Assembly (NCBI GenBank): GCA_030390025.1
Contig: CM059433.1
Span: 2,790,001 to 2,854,000, forward strand
Direction: 5' to 3'
Origin: Squalus acanthias
Lineage: Eukaryota
Length of the DNA: 64,000 nucleotides
Positions 1 through 12,655 of the stretch are shown here, one piece after another (position 1 is the stretch's first letter; each line of letters begins with the position of its first letter). A program made the translations under genes and the position numbers. The notes under the pieces are model-generated. The model searched no databases. It saw only the letters and a program-made list of their open reading frames with translations, and was not told the origin of the DNA.

Positions 1-308
1 CTTCTTCGGCAGCACCTCCCAAACCCGCAACCTCTACAACCTAGAAGGACAAGGGCAGCAGGCGTATGGGACCACCACCACCTCCAAGTTCCCCTCCAAG
101 TCACACACCATCCTGACTTAGAAGTATGTCGCTGGGTCAAAATCCTGGAACTCCCTCCCTAACAGCACTGTGGGAGTACCTTCACCACACTGACTGCAGC
201 GGTTCAAGAAGGCGACTCACCACCACCTTCTCAAGGGCAACTAGGGATGGGCAATAAATGCTGGCCTTGTCAGCGATGCCCACATCCCATAAGCGAATAA
301 AAAAAAAA
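1..308 (+). mobile_element. 3' end of a CR1-group (Zenon/L2-like) non-LTR LINE, running in from before the window
   Basis: Near-identical to the 3' end of the RT-bearing LINE at 9097-9408; ends gggcaataaatgctggcc...cccacatcccat plus an A-tail. Confidence 0.85.
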
Positions 309-1227
309 GCACAACTCTGGAACATCGATCCATGCGTATATTATAACCAGAACTCTTAAAAACAACTGGCTGAGGGGAATGTGAGAAATGGTCACCTGAC
401 CGAGGGAGGGGCAGGTTCTGTATGTGCAGACGTGCATGCTGATGTACCGTAAGTGAAAAATAATATCAGAGTCACTAAATTTCTAATTATCAGGTTATTT
501 CTACATTACGAATTGGAATAAATATTTGAAGTAACATTATATGGCCCATAGTGTAAAATTCCTGAGGGTCTAGGCTTTGGGATCGTGGACTTAAGGCTCC
601 TCCGAGCCCTGGGGAGGAGAAGGGGGAAGACTCACAACTCCAGCTTTCCCATGGCCCAGTCCCTCGGGGGTGTTTAAATAGCTTGCTTGCGGCTGGATGG
701 CATAACTGCACTGTTTCCTGAACCATATCGCTTTAAAGATAATTATATTTAGTTCTCTCTGCTGGCCGTCGGTGATTCCAATATTCCCACAAAGAAGGAA
801 AACCCACGTCAGGCGCAGAAGGGTATCTGTCTTGTCAGCATCTCTAGTGGCGATTATTGATGGGGATAACCACATTGCAGAGAAACAGAAATGGAGATAA
901 TCTCTAAGTAATAAATTTTGCTGAATGACCCAGTATCACTGTAAGAAAATGCTCAGCCAGTCTCCTTAAAACATGTGTTCATTGTGGTTTTCCTAATCAG
1001 TAAACGTATTTACATGCTGTTTATTATAAATTACGTATATGCCACCACATGGGACTTAAAGGTGGAGACGACACTAAGCCAGGGAATTTACATTGAGAAG
1101 ATATTTCAAGAAATATAATATCATTAGATTTTTTCCGTCAGATGCTTGAGGGTTTAAAATTAATTTTATTTTACTAGGATTCTATTTCCAACTGTTTTAT
1201 TAGTTGCACATTAACAATAATTGTACT

Positions 1228-1470
1228 GTGCCAGGAGGATGCTGGGTATCAGCTGGACAGACAGATTGACCAACATTGAAATTGAGAGGAATAGCCTGCG
1301 TGCAGTAACGGAGCATGTTATAGTGAGAAGGTTACGATAGCAGAGCACATGTGTTTTGTGTATAAAGATTATTACCCTCAGAAAGTAATGGAATCCCAGC
1401 TGCGAAAAGACTGAGTGCAAGATGAAAACTGAGATAGTGGGGCTGCGTACTGAAAGACTAGAACGAACAA
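1228..1470 (+). mobile_element. Old degenerate RTE-type LINE fragment
   Basis: Translates RRMLGISWTDRLTNIEI, resembling the RTE motif CLRKILQIHWQDRRTN seen at 10013-10267; heavily decayed. Confidence 0.4.
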
Positions 1471-1577
1471 ATGACAAAAGGTGGACAAGTTATGACAATC
1501 GGATGAGCAGGACAGCAAAGCATGAGCGGCAGTCTGATTATGGCAGCTGACTAACTGAGTTTTAATTGAGAGACACT

Positions 1578-3123
1578 GGGCGGGATCTTGCAGGAGAAAG
1601 AACAGTGCGGCTAACAGCGCTCACCGTTATTTATGTGGAAATCAGACAGCAGCTTTCGGCGACCGACATGCGCAGTTCAACGCGGAAATCTGGAAGTTTC
1701 TGACCGAGATGCCCTGCTCCTCCAAAAGCTGCACGAAAACAGTATCTTGCCATCTGACTCACCAGGGGTGATTTTGCCAATGGGGGCGCGTTGGAGGCGG
1801 GACTGCTGCTTGTCGGGTTTTAGTCCCGCCTCCATCGATTTGTGGCCAACCCACGCTATTTTCCCTTGATTGACCTTGTTCAGCCCACCCAGCGGGCTTA
1901 GCAGGCCAATTAAGGGGAAGCCGGTTACAGAGAACGTCAGCGTATGACGTTTCATCTGTCAAAAATTTTTGACAGATGAATTGTCATCGTTTGACAGCTC
2001 GGTGAAACTGTCAAACACGGACATTCTCTGTTGTTTGATGAGTCCTTGTATTCAAGACTCATCAAACCTCTTTTGTGAGCAGAAATCAGATGGCTGTTGC
2101 ATCAGAGAATGTATCGGAGAATGCAGCAGGCATCTGTCATCTCTGCCGGTGAGATGCGAGAGTCTCTGCATCCCCAACGGTTGAAGCCTGCAGGAAGAAA
2201 CAAAGGTAAGTAAACTTTTTCTATCACTTTTCACTCACCTCACATACTCACCTCTCCACACTTGCACCCATCACTCACCTCCACTGCGCACTTTTGCACC
2301 CTTCCGACCCCAGCAGACCCACTGCTCGCCTCGGTGACCCTGGCGGGTTTTTCCCGATGTCAGGAAGCCCGCACCTCTGGTTGAAAAATGGGGATAATCC
2401 TCTTAACTACCTGTTAACAGGCAGTTAAGTGGCTGTAATCCCCTTCCCGCCTCCAGGAGACGGGACCTGGCGTGGGTTGGCTACCCGCCTCCTGGGAAGA
2501 TGGCACGGAGACGGGTTGGGGGCAGGATGGGCACCCGCCCCCAGATTCTGCCAGTTTCCCGGCAGTCTCGCCTCCAAACCCGCCTCCCCAGGGCTGGCAA
2601 GATCACGCCCACCATTGCTGTATTTACCTCCGAGATAGGAACTAAACTCGCCAGAAAAAGTTTGGGCTTTTCCATTCTAGTCTAGGTACCCGTTTAACAG
2701 TGTGATAAGTCTTAATTACTGCTAAACAACATCTCTGGCATGGAAAATTAACTTATACAAGTGTGAACTCTCATTCCTTCAGCTTTTAATTATTGGAGTT
2801 TTTTTTAAATTAAATAACATTTTATCTTTCTTTCCATCTCTTTATTTCGCTTCCTGTACCTGATTTGACATTGAATTAAATATTCTAACTGACTCTTCCT
2901 GGTTCAGACTCTGCGCTGCTCATTAATGTTTCTTCAATCTGATTGGTTAAGAAGATACACAGCTGCTTTCCCGGTTTTCACAGGTCCCAGATGCCCTGTA
3001 GAGGGCGCTGCACTTTTTGAATGGTTGGCTGACAGCAACTTGCCATGAAAAGCCCGGAGAAAGTCTCTAGGCAAGTGCAAGTCTAACGAACGTTTGTTCG
3101 CCACTCAGAGCAAAATCTGTCCC
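1578..3123. mobile_element. Harbinger-like MITE (outer element of a nest)
   Basis: Imperfect TIRs gggcgggatcttgc / gcaaaatctgtccc; flanks ACT/ATT (3-bp TSD, one mismatch); no coding capacity. Confidence 0.6.
1764..2610. mobile_element. Hairpin-rich Harbinger-like MITE nested in the previous element
   Basis: TSD ACC (1761-1763 / 2611-2613); TIRs aggggtgattttgcca / tggcaagatcacgccc; second copy at 53420-54222. Confidence 0.75.
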
Positions 3124-3141
3124 ATTATAGCCACAAATTGC

Positions 3142-3968
3142 ATGGCAAATGGAATATAATGTGGAGAAATGTGAAGTTATCCACTTTGGTAAGAAAAATA
3201 GAAAAGCAGAGTATTTTTTAAATGGTGAGAGATTGGGAAATGTTGGTGCTCAGAGGGACCTGCGTGTCCTTGTACACGAATCACTGAAAGTTAACATGCA
3301 GGTACAGCAAGTAATTAGGAAAGCAAATGGTATGTTGTTACAAGAGGATTTGAGTATAAGAGTAAAGACGTCTTACTGCAATTATATAGGGCCCTGGTGA
3401 GACCACACCTGGAGTATTGTGTACAGTTTTGGTCTCCTTACCTGAGGAAGGATATACTTGCCATAGAGGGAGTGCAACGAAGGTTCACCAGACCGGTTCC
3501 TGAGATGGGGGGATTGTCCTATGAGGAGAGATTGAGTAGACTAGGCCTATATTCTCTAGAGTTTAGAAGAATGAGAGATGATCTCATTGAAACATACAAA
3601 ATTCTTACAGGGCTTGACAGGGCAGATGCAGGGAGGATGTTTCCCCTGGCTGGGGAGTCTAGAACCAGGGGTCAGAGTCTCAGAATAAGGGGTCGGCCAT
3701 TTAGAACTGAGATGAGGAGAAATTTCTTCACTCAGAGGGTGGTGAATCTTTGGAATTCTCTACCCCAGAGGGCTGTGGAGGCTCAGTCGTTGAGTATATT
3801 CAAGACAGAGATCGATAGATTTTTGAATATTAAGGGAATCAAGGGATATGGGGATAGTGCAGGAAAGTGGAGATGAGGTAGAAAATCAGCCATGATCTTA
3901 TTGAATGGCGGAGCAGGCTCGAGGGGCCGAATGGCCGACTACTGCTCCTATTTCTTATGTTCTTATGT
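3142..3968 (+). mobile_element. 5'-truncated CR1 LINE (RT C-terminus and 3' tail)
   Basis: KCEVIHFG, RPHLEYCVQFWSP and RRNFFTQRVVNLWNSLP motifs; (ttcttatg)n tail. Confidence 0.95.
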
Positions 3969-5309
3969 TAAATTGTGGACACCCATTGCATGAATACTTA
4001 TAAGAGAACGGTCAGGAGTCTAACAGCAGGAAAATGGACAGCATTAATGAAAATATGGATTTACACTTGTGTCTCCAACCTCACAGAGCGGCCTCAGAAC
4101 CGACCAGAAACCACAGAGATGAAAAAAAATGTCATATTTCACTGTTGCTAGGAGGAGTGACAGAAATAACCCTTGAATACATTAGAAAATATTATGTTAA
4201 ATATGGTATCTGAATACCTCCCATGGAGTTATGTCAAATGCCATTATAGCTTTTACTTTTTATCTAATCTAAAGATCATTAAATTACAAATAGATAATTT
4301 TTTATGCATTAACATGAACTAATCTGTAAGATTAAGGACACCTTCTACTACTGTTCAATGTTTCCTCAAGTTATGTAATTATTTACCATAACTTTAAGCC
4401 TGTTCAATCCAAGAATAGGTTTTAATGAAATGAGAACTTTGATCATTCATTTTGTACCATATGTGGTGTCAATGATTGGATTCATAATACATTTATATGA
4501 AAATATTCAGCGAACAATATTAAAATGTGATTATTCAGGACTGTTAGCTTTGGAGGGCTTAAACTAAATTATTTCAGTTTCACAGCGAGAAAATTAGAAT
4601 AGTTCTTTGAATTTCCTTTACATTTCACAGAACTCAAAACATATTTTCATTAAATATGTCATGTATTGATCTAGCTAAATGTTCCAGAGAATGAGGAAAT
4701 TGCTTTTGTAGAGATTTTCTTTGGATAGCTGAAGCCTGGTATCTTTTATTGTGCTAAAGTTTTAAGTAACTTTCGGTGTTCATTTGTGCTCATGCGAACT
4801 GTGCTCACATTTAAAATAGGTTGATAACTGTTATTTCCTTCTTAGCTCGGTTTCTTTCTGACCCTCACATATCACAGCAAGAAACAGTGAAATGCCCATC
4901 ATATCCGTCCAGTCTGAGGTAGCACCTGGGAGATTAATCGGGCGAGGTGTCAAAAGGCAGCCATTCCGCAACCAGCACTTTCTCACTCACGGCCCAAAGT
5001 GAAAATCACCCCCAGTGTTTCTGCTCTGAACACAGATTAAAATTGTTGAGAGGAAGTCTGAAAAATCACTGCAATGCAGTTTTTAGCTTGGCTTGATGGT
5101 GTTATGTGCAATCTGCTTGAACATAATCCTATAGAATTGCTAATCAAAAATCTATCAACTTCCAATCCAATTCCAATTACGTGCAGTCGCACTGCTAATT
5201 GAGCCCTGTAGCAGTCCAGAAAGGTTTTCATTATTCTATTATCAGCGTAATGTATTTATTTTAGTATTGGTTGGTTCAAGTCAAATATAAGGGAAGTGAA
5301 AAAGTCATC

Positions 5310-5935
5310 GGGGGCGAATTGCCCCTCGTTTGCGCCTACGGTGGGAGGCAGTAACGGGGAGCAAATGGCTTTTCGCACCCCCCGCCCCGCGGCGATAACT
5401 GCGGGAGGTTAGCGGCGACACTACCGGGTATCGCCCCAATCTTCTGCGCCCGGAGATCATGACGTCATCTCCGGGCGCAGTGCCCCGGGATAAAAATTCC
5501 CCCTCGCGCCCCGCAACAGTGCTGGGTGATGTTACCGACTGGCGCGGGGGTCGCGAACAGCGAGGCCGGCCGCTCGCGGGGCGCGACTTAAAGGCGCGGT
5601 GGGCGACAGACATGAAAAAAATCGCCGATTTAAAAAAATATATATTTCTGAGCACCGGACGCGAGCTGAGTGCCGCGATCGGTCAGCCCGGCTCTGGGCT
5701 TGAGCGCTGGGCTGATCGCGAAGCCCTCTTGCTCCTCGAGTGCTCCAGCAGATGCCGAAAAAAATGCAGAACTCGCAGCGGGGAGCCCTCCCCTTTAATT
5801 GGGGGAAGAGACCCTGCAACGCGGCAGAGCCCGCTGACACCCCCGAAAACTCCGGCCCAGGTATACTCCTCAGGTGAACTGGGGTTAAAGGGCAGTAGTT
5901 CATTGGGCCAGGCCTGCAGGTGCAATTCAGGCCCC
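5310..5935. mobile_element. GC/CpG-rich Harbinger-like MITE
   Basis: Sharp GC island in AT-rich flanks bounded by gggggcgaattgc / gcaattcaggcccc; no clean TSD. Confidence 0.55.
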
Positions 5936-6017
5936 TTTTGAAAATTGGACATTCTATAAAATGTTATGTTCTGATTTAGAGTTAAATACAAGGGGTTGAA
6001 TTTCGTCAAAGGTTGTC

Positions 6018-6109
6018 CCAACATCACTAAAACAGATTATCTGGTCATTATCATATTGCTGTTTGTGGGACCTTGCTGTGCGCAATTTGGCTGCTGTGTT
6101 TCCTACATT
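6018..6109 (+). mobile_element. Deu-domain SINE 3' part, left half (continues at 12206-12298)
   Basis: Joining 6018-6109 to 12209-12298 rebuilds the uninterrupted SINE sequence seen at 52030-52202. Confidence 0.85.
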
Positions 6110-7252
6110 GGCCGGAATCTTTACCTGAGAGTCGGGGCGGGTGCGTGCGGACCATGTAGCAAGTTGCCATCCCGAAGTTTTTAACAGCGCGTTCTGCGTT
6201 GCGCGTTTAACTCAATTACATCAATTGAAACAGTTTCCCGGCCCAATTAAATGGGACGGGCCTACTGACATCACCAATGACTCGTTTTCAGCTCGGATAT
6301 TTAAAGCCGCCTTGCACACACATCCCAGCTGGAAGTTGTTGGAGGAGAGGCAAAGGTGGTTGGGAGAGGTGGCTGTTGCTGGATATCACAGAGATTTGTG
6401 TGGGTCCAAACAGACACGGAGTCACAGCGACAGAAGGCTGCGGCCAGATTCACTGATGCCTCCCTGGAAGTCCTGGTCCAGGGAGTCAGAGCACGCAGGG
6501 AGGTCCTGCTCCCTGGGGATGGGCGCCAAAGAGCAGCCAGAGACACCAAGAGGGCAGGGCGGGAGGTCGCGGAGGAGGTCAGCAGCAGGGATGTAGTAAG
6601 GCGGTCCTGGATCCAACGCCGGAAAAGAATTAATGATCTCATGAGGTCAGGAAAGGTGAGTGCAATGCCACATTCAACTACATCCCATCACTCTGCCTTC
6701 CCAAGCCTACTCCTGCACGTCAATCCTCACACAAACTACCTTGCAGGTGCACCTATCCCTCTCTGTCGATGCACCTACTCACATCCCCATCTGACTAACC
6801 ACCGCCGACACTCACCCTCATCCTAATGCAATCATAGGAAGTAACGCCACAGAAGGAGGCCATTTGGCAATGTCACGCCACTCCCTCATAGTCACCCTCT
6901 ACAGATCTAGCACATCCATTCCTTACACTCATTTCATCACTCTCACTCAAAGTTCTTTTCTTTCTCTCCTTGCTGGAGAAGCAAGCCCAGAACAGCAGGG
7001 ATAGACGATGAACTGGAGGTGGCCCTCCAATGTTCACCAATTTGACACCAGCAGAGGAGGAGGCCCTAGAAATCTCTGGAGCTGCTGGCGGTGGGAGACG
7101 GAGAGAGGAGGACCTCCCAGCAACCTGGTGACAGAATTAAATATCATACAGCCACATGGCATACAACAGTCACTCATATGGTGACTGATCTCAGCAGCCA
7201 GTGCAATACCATCATGTGCATAATGGTAACGTTACCCATTCTTGTTATAAGA

Positions 7253-9408
7253 CTTGTCTTTTGCACTCACGTGCTGGGCTCCACCATCATTGAGGATGGG
7301 GATATTCTTGGAGCCTCCTCCTCCCGTTAGTTGTTTAATGGTCCACCACCATTCGCGACTGGATGTGGCAGGACTGCAGAGCTTTGATCTGATCCGTTGA
7401 TTGTGGGATCGCTTAGCCCTGTCTATAGCATGCTGCTTCCGCTTTTTAGCATGTATGTAGTCCTGTGTTGCAGCTTCCCCAGGTTGGCACCTCATTTTTA
7501 GGTACGCCTGGTGCTGCTCCTGGCATGCTCTTCTACACTCCTTATTGAACCAGGGTTGGTCCCCTGGCTTGATGGTAATGGTAGAGTGAGGGATATGCCG
7601 AACCATGAGGTTACAAATTGTGGTGGAATACAATTCTGCTGCTGCTGATGGCCCACAGCGCCTCATGGATGCCCAGTTTTGAGCTGCTAGATCTGTTCTG
7701 AATCTATCCCATTTAGCACGGTGGTAGTGCCACACAACACAGCCAGAAGTGCCAAGTGGATGATCCATATCGGCCTCCTCCTGAGGTCCCCACCATCACA
7801 GAAGCCAGTCTTCAGCCAATTCGATTCACTCCACGTGATATCAAGAAACGGCTGAACACACTGGATACAGCAAAGGCTGTGGGACCTGACAACATCCCGG
7901 CTATCGTGCTGAAGACTTGTGCTCCAGAACTAGCCGCACCTCTAGCCAAGCTGTTCCAATACAACTATAACACTGGCATCTATCCGACAATGTGGAAAAC
8001 TGCCCAGGTATGTCTTGTCCACAAAAAGCAGGACAAATCCAACCCGGCCAATTACCGGCCCATCAGTCTACTCTCAATCATCAGCAAAGTGATGGACGGT
8101 GTCGTCAACAGTGCTATCAAGCAGCATTTACTTACAAATAACCTGCTCACTGATGCCCAGTTTGGGTTCCGCCAAGACCACCCAGCTCCCGACCTCATTA
8201 CAGCCTTGGTCCAAACATGGACAAATGAGCTGAATTCCAGAGGTGAGGTGAGAGTGACTGCCCTTGACATCAAGGCGGCATTTGACCGAGTAAGGCATCG
8301 AGGAGCCCGAGTAAAACTGAAGTCAGTGGGAATCAGGGGGAAAACGCTCCACTGGCTGGAGTCATACCTAGCACAAAGGAAGATGGTTGTGGTGGTTGAA
8401 GGTCAATCATCACAGCCCCAGGACATCGCTGCAGGAGTTCCTCAGGACAGTACCCTTGGCCCAACCATCTTCAGCTGCTTCATCAATGACCTTCTCTCCA
8501 ACATAAAGTCAGAAATGGGGATGTTTGCTGATGAATGCACAGTGTTCAGTGCCATTCACAACTCCTCAGATAATGAAGCAGTCCATGCCTGCATGCAACA
8601 AGACGTTCAGGCTTGGACTGATAAGTGGCAGGTAACATTCACGCCACACAAGTGCCAGGCAATGACTATCTCCAACACGCGAGAGTCTAACCTCCTCCCC
8701 TTGACATTCAACGTTATTAACATCACTGAATCCTCCATCATCAACATCCTGGGGGTCAGCATTGACCAGAAACTTAACTGGACCAACCACATAAATACTG
8801 TGGCAACAAGAGCAGGTCAGAGGCTAGGTATTCTGTGGCGAGTGTCTCACCTCCTGACTCCCCAAAGCCTTTCCACCATCTACAATGCACAAGTCAGGAG
8901 TGTGATGGAATACTCTCCACTTGCCTGGATGAGTGCAGCTCCAAGAACACTCAAGAAGCTTGACACCATCCAAGACAAAGCAGCCCGCTTGATTGGCACC
9001 CCATCCACCACCTTAAACATTCACTCCCTCCACCACCGGCGTACCGTGGCTACAATGTGTACCATCTAGAAGATCCACTGCAGCAACTCGCCAAGGCTTC
9101 TTCGGCAGCACCTCCCAAACCCGCGACCTTTTCCAGCTAGAAGGACAAGGGCAGCAGGCGCATTGGAACACCACCACCTCCAAGTTCCCCTCCAAGTCAC
9201 ACAACATCCTGACTTAGAAATATATTGCCGATCCTTCATCGTCACTGGGTCAAAATTCTGGAACTCCCTAGCTAACAGCACTGTGGGAGTACCTTCACCA
9301 CACGGACTGCAGCGGTTCAAGAAAGTGGCTCTCCACCACCTTCTCAAGGGCAATTAGGGATGGGCAATAAATGCTGGCCTTGCCATCCCATAAACGAATT
9401 TAAAAAAA
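7253..9408 (+). mobile_element. CR1-group (Zenon/L2-like) LINE, 5'-truncated, with inverted 5' segment (7253-7740 on minus strand)
   Basis: RT ORF 7756-9069 (NYRPISLLS, QFGFR, LDIKAAFD, GVPQ, FADE); EN-RT linker (PWFN...WWWTIKQL) on the minus strand; A-tail at 9402-9408. Confidence 0.92.
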
Positions 9409-9580
9409 TAATCTCTTTACTCTCCCACAGGTCCATCAAGTGCCCCCTCCACTGTCCAGCCAGAGAAGGAAGATGACTCCTCAAAGGAAGCTCCAGTGTC
9501 TGAGGGTGCACCATCAGCAGGCCCAAGCGCACCCAGCACCAGCGCAGATATGCATACCTCGGTGGGTCCAGTGAGACATA

Positions 9581-11002
9581 CTTCTCTTAGGCAGTCCCTC
9601 GGATGACTTGCTTCCACATTAAACATGAGTTCTCAGGTGACTGATGAGTCCAATGCGGGACCTACAGGCTCTGTCACAGGTCGGGGCAGACGGTGGTTGA
9701 AGGGGTGGGTGGGTGGGGTGCTTGGGTTGATGTGCGCTCCTTGCACTGCTTGTGCTTGGCTTCCGCTTGCACCCCACGAAGAGACTCGAGGTGTTCGGCG
9801 CCTTCCCGGATGCTTCTCCTCCATTTTGTGCGGTCCTGGGCCAGGGATTCCCAGGTGTCAGTTAGGATGTTGCACTTTTTCAAGGAGGCTTTGAGGGTGT
9901 CCTTGAAGCGTTTCCTCTGCCCACCTGGGGCTCCCTTGCCGTGTCGGAGCTCCGAGTAGAGCGCTTGTTTTGGGAGTCTCGTATCGGGCATGCAGACGAT
10001 GTGGCCCATCCATCAGAGCTGATCGAGCGTGGTCAAAGCTTCGATGCTGGAGATGTTGGCCTGAGCGAGAACACTGGCATTGGTGCGCCTATCCTGCCAA
10101 TGGATTTGCAGGATCTTGCGGAGGCAGCGCTGGTGGTACCTCTCCAGTGCTTTGAGGTGCCTGCTGTACATGGTCCATGTCTCTGAGGCATACAGGAGGG
10201 CAGGTATCACTACTGCTCTGTAGGCCATGAGCTTGGTGCCGGGTTTGAGGTCCTGGTCTTCAAACACTCTCTTCCTCAGGTAACCGAAGGCTGCACTGGC
10301 ACACTGAAGGCGGTGTTGGACTTCGTCAACGGCGTTTGCCCTTGTTGAGCAGGCTCCCGAGATATGGAAAGTGGTCCACGTTGTCCAAGGCCTTGTCGTG
10401 GATTTTGATAATCGGGGGGCAGTACTGTGTGGCAGGAGCAGGTTGGTAGAGGACGTTTGTCTTACGGATGTTTAGTGTAAGGCCCATGCTCTCGTACGCT
10501 TCGGTGAAGGTATTGACGATGGTTTGGAGTTCGACCTCCGAGTGTGCGCAGACGCAAGCGTCGTCTGCATACTGTAATTCGACAACAGAGGATGGGACGA
10601 CCTTGGATCTGGACTGGAGGCGACGGAGGTTGATCAGTTTCCCGTTTGTTCTGTAAACTAGCTCCGCTCCAGCTGGGAGCTTACTAAGGGTGAGATGGAG
10701 CATTGTAGCAAGGAAGATCGAGAAGAGCATTGGTGCGATGACACAGCCTTGCTTGACCCCGGTCCGTACGTGAATTGGGTCTGTGGTGGATCGTTGGTCA
10801 GGATCGCGGCTTGCATGTTGTCGTGAAGCAGCCGGAGGATGGTGACAAACTTTTGAGAGCAGCCGAATTTGAGGAGGACACTTCATAATCCTTCACGGTT
10901 GATGGTGTCGAAGGCCTTTGTGAGGTCAAAGAAGGCCATGCACAGCGGCTGGTGCTGTTCCCTGCATTTCTCTTGTAATTGACGCGCGGTGATCCATACA
11001 GT
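9581..11002 (-). mobile_element. RTE-BovB-type LINE, 5'-truncated and frameshifted
   Basis: GVKQGCVIAP, QYADD, LLYASETWT and GGQRKRFKDTLK motifs; 11-bp TSD agtgagacata (9570-9580 / 11003-11013). Confidence 0.93.
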
Positions 11003-12205
11003 AGTGAGACATAGAGTAGTGTTGTCACCTGGTATCTCACACATCACAAGTGAGCAAGAGCAGATGGTGGAGACAGGGACAGCAGTGGAGAGTCCTCGTC
11101 GGAGGGTGCAGGACGCTCCTAGCTCTGCTCAGCTGCATGCAGATGCTGAACCTCGGGGGCCATCGAGAAAGATGATGATCTTGGAGGAGCAGCAACAAAT
11201 GCGTGAGGCTCTGGCAGCTTTTGCAGCCGCGATGTGTGCGAGTGTGCAGAGAATGGAGGAGTCCATCTCCAACATGAACATCACCCTCTCGCAGGTGATG
11301 GCGATGATGTACTCTTCCATGGAAAGGATGACCACCTGCATGGAGCAGTAAATATGCCAGTCCAACAAGAACATGCTTGCGGTGGACAACAGATTGCAGA
11401 CACTCATTGACCTCACCTCGAGGAGGGATACCAACATAGACTTGGGCCTTCATCGCCCCACTGCTGTGCAACAAGGTGCTCGCTAGCTCCTTGCCAGCAG
11501 GGAAGTGCGGGTGGCCCATGAGAGGGATGATGATGAGAGGGGACATGGAAGCAGGGGCTCTGCTCAAAGCACTATTGCTTCTCCCCCATTGCCTCCCCCT
11601 CAGGCAGAGCCCCACATTCTGCCTCAGATCCCGATGGCCGAGTCTGCCCCTGCACAGTTGCAGGAGGAGCAATCTTTGTTGACCCACTCTCCCCTGTGGA
11701 GCATCAGGTCATTGAGGAGAAGGTTGCTGTTGTGGTTGCTGCTGCTGCTGGTGCTGGTGTTGATGGTGTTGGTGCTGGGGCTCATCTTGCTCCAATTCTG
11801 AGATCCAAGGTGAGACAGTATAAGCGGCACCCATGCTGATCTAACAGATGGCAGGTAAAGTGGAGATCAGAGGTACAATCCTCCAGTGTTCTGATAGTGA
11901 CTAGCAATGTGGTGAGAGTGACTTCCAAGGTTGCAGAAATGACCTGCAAACTCCTGAAAACTAAAATTGGTGCACAAATTGGTGTCAGCCAGAGCCCTTC
12001 CCTTCGGCAAGGCAGCAGGTGTAAGATGGGAGTATTTATCTGTTTTTTCCAGCTGTCAATTAATGAACTCGCTCAATGGCCACTGAGCTCCCACCTGCCC
12101 TTCACCGGTGAGGTTCCCGAGGTGCGTGAATCCCGTCATTTTCTATGCTTTTAACCGCCGGCCCGCCCCCAAACCCACACGCTCTCCAATGTGAAAATTC
12201 CGACC

Positions 12206-12298
12206 ATTACAACAGTGACTTCACTTCAAAAGTACTTAATTGGCTGTAAAGCACTTTTGGATGTCCGTAGGTCGTGAAAGGCGCTGTAGAAATGCAAT
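12206..12298 (+). mobile_element. Deu-domain SINE tail, right half
   Basis: attacaacagtgac...gaaaggcgctgtagaaatgcaa matches 52109-52202. Confidence 0.85.
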
Positions 12299-12433
12299 TA
12301 GGCAACACGACCCCCCCAGCACTCCCCCACCCACCAAGAGCCGTGTAATCTCCTGGGAGAGGCAACAATAAAATTAAAATAACTTCAGGCCAATTCTGGG
12401 AAATTCCTCTCCAACACCTGAATGTGTTCCAAG

Positions 12434-12636
12434 CAACGTTCCCTTTAAGCTGCGCGGCTGCTCATCGTTCCAGGGAACCTGCGGAGCCGACTTGCCGGCT
12501 TTTCAATGTAAAAACTGCGCACGCGCGGTGTGTTGAATGGCGCACGCGCGGTGTGTTGAATGGCGCACGCGCGGTGTGTTGAATGGCGCCAGTTAAAAGG
12601 GCCGCGCGGCGCCAAAAAAAATGAGAGGGAAGATTG
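12434..12636. mobile_element. hAT-type MITE with internal 23-bp tandem repeat
   Basis: Perfect 8-bp TSD gttccaag (12426-12433 / 12637-12644); TIRs caacgttccctttaa / tgagagggaagattg; (gcgcacgcgcggtgtgttgaatg)x3. Confidence 0.85.
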
Positions 12637-12655
12637 GTTCCAAGCGACACCTTAT

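Larger units (their letters stand above)
6416..11670 (+). pseudogene. Harbinger Myb/SANT-like DNA-binding protein gene (MSANTD/NAIF1-like), three exons, disrupted
   Basis: Exon 1 6416-6655 (AARFTDASLEVLVQGVRARREVL...RRSWIQRRKRINDL, donor gtgagt, ATG mutated to ACG); exon 2 about 6976-7129 (acceptor cag mutated to ctg); exon 3 from 9431, split by an RTE. Confidence 0.8.
6110..12205 (+). mobile_element. PIF/Harbinger DNA transposon with Myb/SANT gene and deleted transposase, carrying two nested LINEs
   Basis: TSD ATT (6107-6109 / 12206-12208); TIRs ggccggaatcttt / gaaaattccgacc; collinear with the element at 47686-50589. Confidence 0.9.

Noticed and set aside
5310..5935. CpG-island promoter
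   Set aside because: The GC-rich block is bounded by inverted termini like the other MITEs, and no gene start is associated
6356..6826. Host MSANTD/NAIF1 gene
   Set aside because: Lies inside a TIR/TSD-bounded transposon, has several paralogues in the window, and its start codon and an acceptor are mutated
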